NCBI GenBank assembly: GCA_963784505.1
Contig: CAWASY010000056.1
Location: forward strand, 7,952-71,951
DNA: 64,000 bases
Origin: an uncultured beta proteobacterium
GTDB taxonomy: Bacteria > Pseudomonadota > Gammaproteobacteria > Burkholderiales > Gallionellaceae
Direction: 5' to 3'
In this document: piece by piece, positions 50,953 to 60,600 of the stretch
Position numbering within the stretch: the first letter of the stretch is position 1
Layout: each line of letters begins with the position of its first letter
Translations under genes and position numbers: made by a program
The notes under the pieces: generated by a model
The model's input: the letters and a program-made list of their open reading frames with translations, nothing else
The model's database searches: none
Told to the model about the DNA's origin: nothing

Positions 50953-51329
50953 ATTGACGTAATGGGTCAGATTCTCTACATTGTGCGCTGTGCTGTCATT
51001 GATAGAACTACTAACCAGCCACTAAGCCCGAAGGGGCTTCCCTCGCAATCACGGCGATAAATTGCCTCTTGCTGAATGAAGCGCGATAAAACTTGCGCCA
51101 GGTGGCTGGTTGTCCCGCCCCGACTAAATCATTCGAGGACAGGCTGCGGCGGGAATCCAGACAAGTTTGACCTGATTGAACAAAGATTTATACGTCATTC
51201 CCGCGCAGGCGGGAATCCAGATAATTAAAAAACTGCCGCGAAGCGGAACAAAGCCAAAATCATTAATCATTTTTAATAACTACACTGGATTCCCGCCTGC
51301 GCGGGAATGACAGTCTTTTCGGGGGTGTC

Positions 51330-51956
51330 ATGTTTAATCTGGATCGTTTGATTGTCGAGTTTGATCAAGGGCTGCGTACTTTATTTAGTACCGCGCATAG
51401 TGTGCGTCCCTATCCGGATGGAGACGTAGGCGAATCGCCCTTGAGTGATGATGAAAAGCGCGAGGCTGCCGCTCTGATGCGTGTCAATCACAGCGGCGAG
51501 ATTTGCGCACAGGCGTTGTATCAGGGGCAGGCGTTAACCGCGCGCGATCCTGTGGTGCAGCAAAAGTTGCAGCAGGCAGCGCAGGAAGAAACCGAACATC
51601 TGGCCTGGACCGCGCAGCGTGTGCATGAACTGGGCGGGCATCTGAGTGTGTTGAATCCGCTTTGGTATACGGGTTCGCTGGCAATTGGCGCATTTGCCGG
51701 CATGCTGGGTGATAAATGGAATCTGGGTTTTTTGTCTGAAACCGAGCAGCAGGTGGGGTTACACCTGCAAAGCCATTTGAGTAAATTGCCGGTGCAGGAC
51801 GAAAAAAGCCGGGCCATCGTTAATCAAATGTATACGGATGAAATGAGTCATGCAGATATGGCAGCCGATCTGGGCGGCGCAAAACTGCCCGCGCCTGTCA
51901 AATTGTTGATGAAGTTGAATGGGAAGGTGATGACCAGCACGGCTTACAGGATATAA
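51330..51956 (+). CDS. coq7: Demethoxyubiquinone hydroxylase (di-iron)
   Basis: MRVNHSGEICAQALYQGQ, EETEHLAW, ETEQQV, DEMSH. Confidence 0.95.
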   Translation: MFNLDRLIVEFDQGLRTLFSTAHSVRPYPDGDVGESPLSDDEKREAAALMRVNHSGEICAQALYQGQALTARDPVVQQKLQQAAQEETEHLAWTAQRVHELGGHLSVLNPLWYTGSLAIGAFAGMLGDKWNLGFLSETEQQVGLHLQSHLSKLPVQDEKSRAIVNQMYTDEMSHADMAADLGGAKLPAPVKLLMKLNGKVMTSTAYRI

Positions 51957-52162
51957 GTGCTATCGCGGCCAGGGGTCGCTCCTACGATGTGGTTCTCTGG
52001 ATTTATGAGCTCAATGCATTCCAAGTTTTTTGCATGTTGCAAAAAAACAACAATATCGGCATAAAATTTTGACGTGTTGGGTGCGGGTCTATAAAGTCCG
52101 TCCTCAGTGGAGGCAGGGAGGACTTGCAAACACTTCAATCGACAAATCTTTAAGGATAAATC

Positions 52163-53416
52163 ATGAAAAAAATCGTTCTATCTATCGCAGCTGTTATGGC
52201 CGCAGCAGCATTTGCTCCAGAAGCATCTGCATTGCCAGTATTCGCACGTCAAACCGGTATGGCTTGCTCTGCTTGTCACTTCCAGCATTTCCCATTGCTG
52301 AACGGTTTCGGTCGTGCATTCAAGGCAGCTGGCTTCACCATGATGGGCGCACAAGGCAAGGTTGAAGGCGAAGGTCTGGACATTCCTGATCGTCTGAACA
52401 TGGCTGTTTTCGCAACAGCAGCATTCCAGACTCAGTCTAACAATGCAGCTGCTGCAGCTCCAGTTCAAAAGTGGATGGTTCCTGGTTCCGGTGGTGAGTT
52501 CTCATTGTTCATGGGTGGTCGCATCTCTGAATTCGCAGGTTTCCTGTCTGAAGTTGGTCTGGGTGGCGCAGGTGCTGCAGTTGGTGCTGCAAAACTGGCT
52601 ATGTTGTTCCCGGTTGGTGATGCACGTGTAGGTCTGGTTATGCATACCAGCACGGGTCAAGGTGCAGCATACAGCTTCGAAACATTGAATACCGGCGCTG
52701 CTGGTACCCACAAGATGATGGGTAACGGCGGTGCTGCTGGCCAACACGTGGGCGCTGCTTACGCTTCACAGTATTTCGCAACAAATACTGCAGCAACCGG
52801 TATTTCTCTGGTAGCTAACAACGCAATGGGTTTCATCAATATCGGTGGTTATGATATTGCGGCTCCTGGTGCTGGCGCTAACTCCATGCCACTGCGTTAT
52901 GTTCGCGTAGCAGGTACGTTTGATCTGGCTGGTTTTGATTCGGCTGTTGGTATCCAGAATTACAGTGGTTCTAGTGTTCAGACTGGTAACGTTGCTAAGG
53001 CAACTATTATCGACGGTCAAATGCAAGGCGAGTTGGGTGGATATGAAACTGGTATCTACGCATCTTACGGCCGTGCACCAACAGTAGCTGCTGGTCTGGT
53101 AGGTGGTTTGCCAGCAATCGGTACATTCAATACCAGCGCAGTTGTTGCTCGTTCAACATTCAACTTGGCTGCTGAAATGGGTCTGTTGCCACACACAACC
53201 TTCCAGGTTGCGCTGCGTTCAGCTACACGTGCTGATCTGGCTACACAAACATTGTCACAAAAAGACAATGCATTCATGGTTGGCGCAACTTACGACCTGG
53301 CACAGAACATGGGTCTGAGCCTGCATTACACTACCCAGTCCGGTAGCTACTGGTCTACTCAAGTATTGCCAGTTGGCAAGAATGCAACAACACTGTTGCT
53401 GGAAACAGCATTCTAA
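52163..53416 (+). CDS. cyc2: Cyc2 fused cytochrome-porin, putative Fe(II) oxidase (cluster 1)
   Basis: Signal peptide, then ALPVFARQTGMACSACHFQHFPLLNGFGRAFK (single CxxCH), beta-barrel body, C-terminal Phe. Confidence 0.92.
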   Translation: MKKIVLSIAAVMAAAAFAPEASALPVFARQTGMACSACHFQHFPLLNGFGRAFKAAGFTMMGAQGKVEGEGLDIPDRLNMAVFATAAFQTQSNNAAAAAPVQKWMVPGSGGEFSLFMGGRISEFAGFLSEVGLGGAGAAVGAAKLAMLFPVGDARVGLVMHTSTGQGAAYSFETLNTGAAGTHKMMGNGGAAGQHVGAAYASQYFATNTAATGISLVANNAMGFINIGGYDIAAPGAGANSMPLRYVRVAGTFDLAGFDSAVGIQNYSGSSVQTGNVAKATIIDGQMQGELGGYETGIYASYGRAPTVAAGLVGGLPAIGTFNTSAVVARSTFNLAAEMGLLPHTTFQVALRSATRADLATQTLSQKDNAFMVGATYDLAQNMGLSLHYTTQSGSYWSTQVLPVGKNATTLLLETAF

Positions 53417-53500
53417 TGAAGGGTTGATCGCGTAAGTGATCGACCACAAATTGGAAAGCCAAATCCCCGATATCAATCGAGGTGATGGCTACAAAAAATA

Positions 53501-53536
53501 AAAACGGGGGAGGCTTAGGCTTCCCCTGTTTTTTTG
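53501..53536 (+). terminator. Intrinsic terminator after cyc2
   Basis: AAAACGGGGGAGGC-TTAG-GCTTCCCCTGTTTTTTT. Confidence 0.85.
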
Positions 53537-53831
53537 CGTCGTGTTTGTAGGAGCGGCCCCTGGCCGCGAACATAAAGCAATCGCGGCCAGGGGTCGCTCC
53601 TACGGTGTGCTTTCCGGGGAGGCGCTGATTAAATTAAACGATGCGCGCTGCTAACTTTCCACATTTTTTGCGCAAAAATTGTGGGGGCAATCGCGGCCAG
53701 GGGCCGCTCCTACGGTGTGGATTTCGATTTAATAGCAGCTAATTTTTCACGTATCAATGCAGTTTTACCCCATTTTCGGCAAGCTGTGGTAAGCTTCGAA
53801 AAGTCTTTTATATTGCCCTAAACTGCCTTTC

Positions 53832-54911
53832 ATGTCTTCTGCTGCCTCGCTGGTCACTACCCTGATTCGTCCCGAGATACTCGCCCTGAACGCCTATCAT
53901 GTGCCCGATTGTGCGGGTTACATCAAGCTCGATGCGATGGAAAATCCCTATCTCGTGCCGCAAGTGCTGCGCGATGAAATCGCTACGCTGGTTTCTGCTG
54001 CTGCCATCAACCGTTATCCAGACCCGAATCCGCGCGAACTGAAGGAAAAAATCCGCAATCTGCTGTGCCTGGCGGATAACATGTCGGTGTTGCTGGGCAA
54101 TGGCTCGGATGAGCTGATCCAGTTGCTGGCGATGGCGGTGGGCAAGCCGGATACGGTGATGCTGAGCGTTGAGCCTTCCTTTGTCATGTACAAAATGATC
54201 GCGACTTTTGTGGGGATGCGCTACGTGGGGGTGCCGCTCGCTGCCGATTTCTCGCTGGATTTGCCGGCCACTCTGGCTGCAATTGAACGGGAACAGCCTG
54301 CGCTGGTGTTTTTGGCCTACCCGAATAATCCGACCGCAAATCTGTTTTCGGCGGATGAGGTGTGCAGCATCATCGAAGCGGCACCCGGTCTGGTGGTGGT
54401 GGATGAGGCCTATTACGCGTTTGCCAGCGACAGTTTTATTCCTCATCTGAATCAGTATCCGAATCTGCTGGTGATGCGTACCTTTTCCAAGTTGGGCATG
54501 GCGGGGCTGCGTCTGGGATTTCTGGCGGGCAGTACGGATTGGCTGGATCAGTTGGAAAAGTTGCGTTTGCCGTATAATGTCGGCGTATTGCCGCAACTGG
54601 TTGCTGGAAAGCTGCTGGATAACCACGCTATACTGTTGCAGCAGGCCGAATTGATCAAGGTTGATCGCGAAAAGCTTTGCAAACAGTTGGCTGGCATGAC
54701 CGGTATCACCGTCTATCCATCCGAGGCGAATTTTTTGTTGTTTCGTGTGGCGAATGCAACACAAGTGTTTGAAGGACTGAAACGGCGCGGTGTGCTGATC
54801 AAGAATCTTAATGGGGGGCATCCCATGTTGATGGATTGCTTGCGTGTGACGGTCGGTACAGCATCGGAGAGCGAGCGATTTATAGCGGCATTGAAAGATT
54901 GTATTGGTTAA
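53832..54911 (+). CDS. hisC: Histidinol-phosphate aminotransferase
   Basis: [39 protein letters not shown]. Confidence 0.95.
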   Translation: MSSAASLVTTLIRPEILALNAYHVPDCAGYIKLDAMENPYLVPQVLRDEIATLVSAAAINRYPDPNPRELKEKIRNLLCLADNMSVLLGNGSDELIQLLAMAVGKPDTVMLSVEPSFVMYKMIATFVGMRYVGVPLAADFSLDLPATLAAIEREQPALVFLAYPNNPTANLFSADEVCSIIEAAPGLVVVDEAYYAFASDSFIPHLNQYPNLLVMRTFSKLGMAGLRLGFLAGSTDWLDQLEKLRLPYNVGVLPQLVAGKLLDNHAILLQQAELIKVDREKLCKQLAGMTGITVYPSEANFLLFRVANATQVFEGLKRRGVLIKNLNGGHPMLMDCLRVTVGTASESERFIAALKDCIG

Positions 54912-54927
54912 ACCCTAAAAAGCAGAC

Positions 54928-55177
54928 TCACGCGAAGACGCGGGGAAATACAGGGCTTATGTTTCACGCGGAGGCGCGGAGTACGCGGAGAAATACAGTG
55001 CTTAAACCCAAGGTGGCTTATGTCGTCTTACGTGGAGGCGCGGAGGGCGCGGAGAATGCAGGACTAAAATTAAAGCTGGGAATGGATATTCAAATAGGTG
55101 TGAGGCATTTAGTTCTCCTGTTTTATAAAAACAGTTTTAGGTAAGGTGGCAGGTTTTCTCCGCGCCATCGCGTGAGT
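54928..55177. repeat. CACGCGGAGGCGCGGAG-type repeats (three direct, one inverted)
   Basis: Copies near 54928, 54963 and 55028; inverted TCTCCGCGCCATCGCGTGAG near 55156-55176. Confidence 0.75.
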
Positions 55178-55216
55178 GCTTGAACTCTTGAGATATTATG
55201 GTTGCTAAGGATAAAA

Positions 55217-55804
55217 ATGCGTAGCGCAAAAGTAGAACGCAACACCCTGGAAACGCAGATCAGCGTAGCACTGAATCTGGATGGCACCGGCAAAAGTTGT
55301 TTTGAGACCGGATTGCCGTTTCTCGATCACATGCTCGACCAGATTGCGCGCCACGGTTTGCTGGATATCACTATCAAGGCGCAGGGCGATCTGCATATTG
55401 ACGCGCATCACACCGTCGAGGATATCGGAATTACGCTGGGACAGGCATTCAATCAGGCGGTAGGCGACAAGCAGGGGTTGACCCGTTACGGTCACGCCTA
55501 TGTGCCGCTCGATGAAGCTCTGTCGCGGGTGGTGCTGGATTTGTCAGGCCGCCCCGGTCTGGTATTCAACTGCGACTTCGTGCGTAGCCAAATCGGTACA
55601 TTCGATGTGGATCTGTTTCATGAATTTTTCCAGGGCTTTACCAATCACGCGCTGGTGTCCTTGCACATCGACAATCTGGCAGGCGCCAATGCTCACCATC
55701 AGGCAGAGACGATATTCAAGGCCTTTGGTCGCGCACTGCGCATGGCGGTCACATTGGATGTGCGTATGGCAGGCATGATGCCGTCTACCAAGGGAAGTTT
55801 GTAG
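55217..55804 (+). CDS. hisB: Imidazoleglycerol-phosphate dehydratase
   Basis: [35 protein letters not shown]. Confidence 0.96.
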   Translation: MRSAKVERNTLETQISVALNLDGTGKSCFETGLPFLDHMLDQIARHGLLDITIKAQGDLHIDAHHTVEDIGITLGQAFNQAVGDKQGLTRYGHAYVPLDEALSRVVLDLSGRPGLVFNCDFVRSQIGTFDVDLFHEFFQGFTNHALVSLHIDNLAGANAHHQAETIFKAFGRALRMAVTLDVRMAGMMPSTKGSL

Positions 55805-56497
55805 ATGGTAGATGTTGCGATAGTCGATTACGGTATGGGCAATCTGCGCTCGGTCGAACAGGCCATTCGCCATGTTGCGCCGGATGCCAAGGTGCTGGTC
55901 ACCGATGATGCCAGCGTGATTTCCGCTGCAGGCCGGGTGGTATTTCCGGGTCAGGGCGCGATGCCCGATTGTATGCGCGAGCTCGAATTGCGCGGTTTGC
56001 GCGAAGCGGTAATTGACGCTGCACGTAATAAACCGTTTCTGGGGATTTGTATCGGCCTGCAAATGCTGTTCGAGCACAGTGAGGAGGGCGATGTGGCCGG
56101 TCTTGGCGTCTTGAAAGGCGAAGTCGTGCGTTTTGCTAGTAATCTGCACGATGATCGCGGTGGCAAGCTCAAGGTGCCGCACATGGGCTGGAACCAGGTG
56201 CAGCATGGCGGAAGGGTCTTCGCTCAGCGAAGGGGACACACCGGACATACCCCTCGCGGGCATGTGATCGAACACCCGCTATGGAATGGTATAGCGCAGG
56301 ATGCACGCTTTTATTATGTGCACAGTTATTACGTTGTGCCGCAGGATGCTGCTCTGATTCAGGCGACCAGCGATTATCCGACGCCGTTCGTCTGTGCGGT
56401 GGCGCAGGATAATTTGTTCGCGGTGCAATTCCACCCGGAAAAAAGCCAGGCGGCAGGGCTGCAACTGCTGCAAAACTTTGTTCAATGGAATCCTTAA
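55805..56497 (+). CDS. hisH: Imidazole glycerol phosphate synthase glutaminase subunit, with 19-aa insert
   Basis: DYGMGNL, PGQG, GICIGLQ, VPHMGWN, QFHPEKS. Confidence 0.95.
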   Translation: MVDVAIVDYGMGNLRSVEQAIRHVAPDAKVLVTDDASVISAAGRVVFPGQGAMPDCMRELELRGLREAVIDAARNKPFLGICIGLQMLFEHSEEGDVAGLGVLKGEVVRFASNLHDDRGGKLKVPHMGWNQVQHGGRVFAQRRGHTGHTPRGHVIEHPLWNGIAQDARFYYVHSYYVVPQDAALIQATSDYPTPFVCAVAQDNLFAVQFHPEKSQAAGLQLLQNFVQWNP

Positions 56498-56515
56498 CCT
56501 AAATTCTTATTCACT

Positions 56516-57268
56516 ATGCTACTCATTCCTGCGATTGATTTAAAAGACGGTAACTGTGTGCGCCTCAAACAGGGCGTAATGGAAGACTCCACCGTGTTTT
56601 CCGATGACCCTGCTGCGACTGCACTGCATTGGGTGGCGCAAGGCGCAAGGCGCATCCATCTGGTTGATCTTAACGGTGCCTTTGCTGGAAAACCCAAAAA
56701 CGAAGCGGCTGTGCGCAGCATTGTTCAGGCGGTCGGCCCCGATATGCCGGTGCAACTCGGTGGGGGTATTCGCGATCTGGAAACCATAGAGCGTTACCTT
56801 GATCTTGGGGTCACCTACATTATCATCGGTACCGCTGCAGTCAAGGTGCCCGGGTTTTTGCATGAAGCCTGCGATGCTTTTCCCGGTCATATCATGGTGG
56901 GCCTGGATGCCAAGGGCGGAAATGTGGCGGTGAATGGCTGGTCAAAATTGACCGGGCATGATGTGTGTGATCTGGCGAAGCGTTTTGAAGGCTATGGCGT
57001 TGAAGCGATCATTTATACCGACATAGGGCGGGATGGTATGCTGACCGGCGTGAATATCGAAGCGACGGTCGAGCTTGCGCGCCCCTTGCGTGTGCCGGTT
57101 ATTGCCAGTGGCGGTATTACCAATCTTGATGATGTGCGCCGCCTTTGCGCGGTGCAGGATGAGGGGGTTACTGGCGCGATCACAGGCCGTGCGATTTACG
57201 AAGGCACACTGGATTTCAAGGTTGCGCAAGCGCTGGCAGATGAATTGTCGCCTGCGCTCATTAAGTAA
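56516..57268 (+). CDS. hisA: ProFAR isomerase
   Basis: [35 protein letters not shown]. Confidence 0.96.
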   Translation: MLLIPAIDLKDGNCVRLKQGVMEDSTVFSDDPAATALHWVAQGARRIHLVDLNGAFAGKPKNEAAVRSIVQAVGPDMPVQLGGGIRDLETIERYLDLGVTYIIIGTAAVKVPGFLHEACDAFPGHIMVGLDAKGGNVAVNGWSKLTGHDVCDLAKRFEGYGVEAIIYTDIGRDGMLTGVNIEATVELARPLRVPVIASGGITNLDDVRRLCAVQDEGVTGAITGRAIYEGTLDFKVAQALADELSPALIK

Positions 57269-58026
57269 TGCTGGCCAAACGTATTATTCCCTGTCTGGAT
57301 GTAACGCATGGCCGGGTGGTCAAGGGCGTGAGCTTTGTGCAATTGCGCGATGCGGGTGATCCGGTTGAAATCGCCAAGCGTTACGATGACCAAGGGGCGG
57401 ATGAACTCACCTTTCTCGATATCACCGCAAGTTCCGATGACCGGGGCATCATCTTTCGCATCATCGAACAGGTGGCATCTCAGGTGTTTATTCCGTTGAC
57501 CGTGGGCGGCGGTGTGCGGGAAGTCGGGGATGTGCGCAACTTGCTCAATGCCGGTGCTGACAAGGTCAGCATCAATACCTCGGCCATACTCAATCCGCAG
57601 CTGGTCGCCGATGCCGCAGGTCGCTACGGTTCGCAGTGCATCGTAGTGGCGATTGATGCCAAGCAGGTTGCAGCCGAGCGCTGGGAAGTTTTTACGCACG
57701 GCGGCAGAAAATCCACCGGGCTGGATGCGGTAGAGTGGGCGAAAAAAATGCAGGCGCTCGGTGCGGGTGAAATTTTGTTGACCAGCATGGATCGTGACGG
57801 ACAGAAAAACGGCTTTGATCTGGCATTGACCCGCAGGGTGACCGATGCGCTGGAAATCCCGGTGATTGCCAGCGGCGGGGTGGGTAATTTGCAGCATCTG
57901 GCTGAGGGTGTAACGCAGGGCGGCGCCGATGCAGTGCTGGCGGCGAGCATTTTTCATTTCGGTGAATATACGGTGCAACAGGCAAAACAATATATGGCCA
58001 GTCAGGGAATTGAGGTTCGACTGTGA
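57268..58026 (+). CDS. hisF: Imidazole glycerol phosphate synthase cyclase subunit
   Basis: [33 protein letters not shown]. Confidence 0.97.
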   Translation: MLAKRIIPCLDVTHGRVVKGVSFVQLRDAGDPVEIAKRYDDQGADELTFLDITASSDDRGIIFRIIEQVASQVFIPLTVGGGVREVGDVRNLLNAGADKVSINTSAILNPQLVADAAGRYGSQCIVVAIDAKQVAAERWEVFTHGGRKSTGLDAVEWAKKMQALGAGEILLTSMDRDGQKNGFDLALTRRVTDALEIPVIASGGVGNLQHLAEGVTQGGADAVLAASIFHFGEYTVQQAKQYMASQGIEVRL

Positions 58027-58412
58027 GCGAACTCTGGCTGAAAAAAATCAACTGGTCGACCGATGGACTGGTTCCTGCGATTGCACAGGATGCGGTGACG
58101 GGTCGAGTGTTGATGGTAGCGTGGATGAATCGCGATGCGTTGTTGCTGACCTGGCAGAAATCCGAGGCGGTATATTGGTCGCGCTCGCGCAAAAAACTGT
58201 GGCACAAGGGTGAGGAGTCCGGCCATATTCAGAAAGTGCGTGAAATCCGGCTCGATTGCGATGCCGATGTGATTCTGCTGCAAATCGAGCAGCAGGGCGG
58301 CATTGCCTGTCATACGGGTCGTGAAAGCTGTTTTTTTACCCGACTGGAACAAGGCAAGTGGGTTGAGGTTGATGAAGTGCTGAAATCTCCCGATGAGATA
58401 TACAAGAAGTGA
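58023..58412 (+). CDS. hisI: Phosphoribosyl-AMP cyclohydrolase
   Basis: [29 protein letters not shown]. Confidence 0.96.
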   Translation: MSELWLKKINWSTDGLVPAIAQDAVTGRVLMVAWMNRDALLLTWQKSEAVYWSRSRKKLWHKGEESGHIQKVREIRLDCDADVILLQIEQQGGIACHTGRESCFFTRLEQGKWVEVDEVLKSPDEIYKK

Positions 58413-58492
58413 ATCGCTGGATTTTGGCATGTGCGGGAATGACATGAGGCATAACATAAGGACTGGATTTCCGCCTGCGCGGGAATGACGAA

Positions 58493-58816
58493 ATGCATAA
58501 TCAAATTTTACAGAAACTGACCGAAACAATCGAAGCGCGTAAATCGGCATCCCCGGATAGTTCCTATGTTGCGAAACTATTCAGTAAGGGCGATGATGCG
58601 ATTCTGAAGAAGGTCGGCGAGGAAGCGGTTGAGACGATACTGGCAAGCAAGCAAGGCGATTTGTCGCATATTGTGTACGAGACGGCGGATTTGTGGTTCC
58701 ACTGCATGGTCATGCTGGCGCATCATGGATTGAGTGCGCAGGATGTATTGAATGAACTGGCGCGTCGCGAAGGTTTGTCGGGTATTGCAGAAAAGAATAG
58801 CCGAAAGGGTGATTAG
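58493..58816 (+). CDS. hisE: Phosphoribosyl-ATP diphosphatase
   Basis: [25 protein letters not shown]. Confidence 0.96.
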   Translation: MHNQILQKLTETIEARKSASPDSSYVAKLFSKGDDAILKKVGEEAVETILASKQGDLSHIVYETADLWFHCMVMLAHHGLSAQDVLNELARREGLSGIAEKNSRKGD

Positions 58817-58817
58817 C

Positions 58818-59165
58818 ATGAGTGACTGTCTGTTTTGCAAGATTGCACGGGGCGAGATTCCTTGCCGACGCGTGTATGAAGATGATGAGGTGTTGGCGTT
58901 TCACGATATCAATCCGGTCGCGCCGGTGCATTTTATGTTGATCCCGAAATTGCATCTGGCATCGCTTGCCGATGCGGATGAAGTCCATGCGGACTTATTG
59001 GGCAGAATGATGGTGTTGCTGCCAAAATTGGCACTTGAACAGGGGTTGGACGATGGCTTTCGCACGGTGATCAATACCGGTCGCGGCGGCGGTCAGGAAG
59101 TATTTCATTTGCATGTGCATGTCATCGGCGGTGGTATGATTCCGCCTATGGTGCGTCGCGCATAA
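58818..59165 (+). CDS. Histidine triad (HIT) nucleotide-binding protein
   Basis: CLFCKI, FHDINP, QEVFHLHVH. Confidence 0.93.
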   Translation: MSDCLFCKIARGEIPCRRVYEDDEVLAFHDINPVAPVHFMLIPKLHLASLADADEVHADLLGRMMVLLPKLALEQGLDDGFRTVINTGRGGGQEVFHLHVHVIGGGMIPPMVRRA

Positions 59166-59180
59166 TTTTAGGAGAGTATC

Positions 59181-59405
59181 ATGGGTTCACTGAGTATTTG
59201 GCATTGGCTGATTGTGTTGGTCGTAGTAATGATGGTGTTCGGTACCAAGAAGTTGCGCAACATCGGCAGCGATCTGGGCGGTGCGGTCAAGGGGTTCAAG
59301 GAAGGAATGGGTACGGCAGAAGAGGCCAAACCTGCCCAGCAAATCAGGGAAGAGGGGCAAACCATCGAAGGCGAAGTCAAGAGCAAGACGCATAGTAATA
59401 TCTAG
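59181..59405 (+). CDS. tatA: Tat translocase subunit A
   Basis: SIWHWLIV...[20 protein letters not shown]. Confidence 0.96.
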   Translation: MGSLSIWHWLIVLVVVMMVFGTKKLRNIGSDLGGAVKGFKEGMGTAEEAKPAQQIREEGQTIEGEVKSKTHSNI

Positions 59406-59472
59406 TCTATGAGGATTGTCTCAACTTTGGCGTTTTTCATGTCTGTAACGTTTTTAAAACAAAGACAGAGCG

Positions 59473-59832
59473 ATGTTTGATTTTAGTCTGGCGGAATTGA
59501 TGATGGTCATGGTGGTGGCGCTGATTGTCATCGGGCCGGAACGCTTGCCTAAGGTGGCGCGCACGCTGGGTCATCTGTATGGTCGTGCGCAACGCTATGT
59601 GAATACGGTCAAGTCCGATATTTCACGTGATATGGCGATGGAGGAATATCGACAGTTGCAGCAAAAGGTGCAGGCTGAGGCGGATAGATTGCAGCAGTCG
59701 TTACAGCAGACAGGTCAGGGGATCGAACAGCAGGTGCAGGAACTCAATCGTGCCGTTGCCCAACCTGCAGCAACGCCACCCCCTGTCAATACATTGCTAT
59801 CTGCCGAGAAAGTACCGTCCAACACGCAATGA
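59473..59832 (+). CDS. tatB: Tat translocase subunit B
   Basis: MFDF...EL...IGPERLPKVARTLG. Confidence 0.95.
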   Translation: MFDFSLAELMMVMVVALIVIGPERLPKVARTLGHLYGRAQRYVNTVKSDISRDMAMEEYRQLQQKVQAEADRLQQSLQQTGQGIEQQVQELNRAVAQPAATPPPVNTLLSAEKVPSNTQ

Positions 59833-60563
59833 GTACCTCTGAAAGTTTTATAGCCCACCTCATCGAGTTGCGCAAGCGGTTGGTGCATTGTGTCGTGGCC
59901 CTGCTGCTGGCCTTCATTTGCCTGTTTCCGTGGGCTTCACGACTTTATGCGATACTGGCCGAACCCCTGCTGGCCAAGCTGCCCAAAGGCGGACAAATGA
60001 TTGCAACCGATGTCACTACCCCATTCTTTGTGCCGCTCAAAGTGGCGCTGATGGCAGCCTTTCTGCTTGCCTTGCCCTACATACTGTATCAGGTTTGGCG
60101 TTTCGTTGCGCCTGGCTTATATGCACATGAGAAAAAGCTGGTCATACCGCTGATTATTGCCAGTACGCTGCTGTTTTTCTGCGGCATGGGATTTGCCTAT
60201 TTCGTGGTGTTCCCGGTGGTATTCGGATTTATTACAGCTTCTGCGCCGATCGGTGTGGCCGTGATGACCGATATTGATAAATACTTGAGTTTCGTGCTGT
60301 CCATGTTCGTCGCCTTCGGTATTACCTTTCAGGTGCCGGTGGTCGTGGTGCTGCTGGTGCGCATGGGTGTGGTCAGTGTCGAAAAACTACGCGAAATTCG
60401 TCCTTACATTGTGGTTGGCTCGTTTGTGGTCGGTGCGATTTTTACCCCGCCGGATGTGGTTTCCCAGTTGATGCTGGCGGTGCCGTTGTGGTTGCTGTAT
60501 GAAGCGGGCATTGTGGTTGCGTGCTGGGTAAAAGTAGCCGAAAAACCCCAGACAGCAAGTTGA
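59829..60563 (+). CDS. tatC: Tat translocase subunit C
   Basis: HLIELRKRL, WRFVAPGLY, FTPPDVVSQ. Confidence 0.96.
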   Translation: MSTSESFIAHLIELRKRLVHCVVALLLAFICLFPWASRLYAILAEPLLAKLPKGGQMIATDVTTPFFVPLKVALMAAFLLALPYILYQVWRFVAPGLYAHEKKLVIPLIIASTLLFFCGMGFAYFVVFPVVFGFITASAPIGVAVMTDIDKYLSFVLSMFVAFGITFQVPVVVVLLVRMGVVSVEKLREIRPYIVVGSFVVGAIFTPPDVVSQLMLAVPLWLLYEAGIVVACWVKVAEKPQTAS

Positions 60564-60600
60564 ACGTAATCCCACTGGGCGTTGAATCCGGGGGGTACTA

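Larger units (their letters stand above)
51963..53713. repeat. Four GTAG-type REPs (GTAGGAGCGRCCCCTGGCCGCGA) around cyc2
   Basis: Copies at 51963-51985 (-), 53547-53569 (+), 53581-53603 (-), 53691-53713 (-). Confidence 0.88.
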
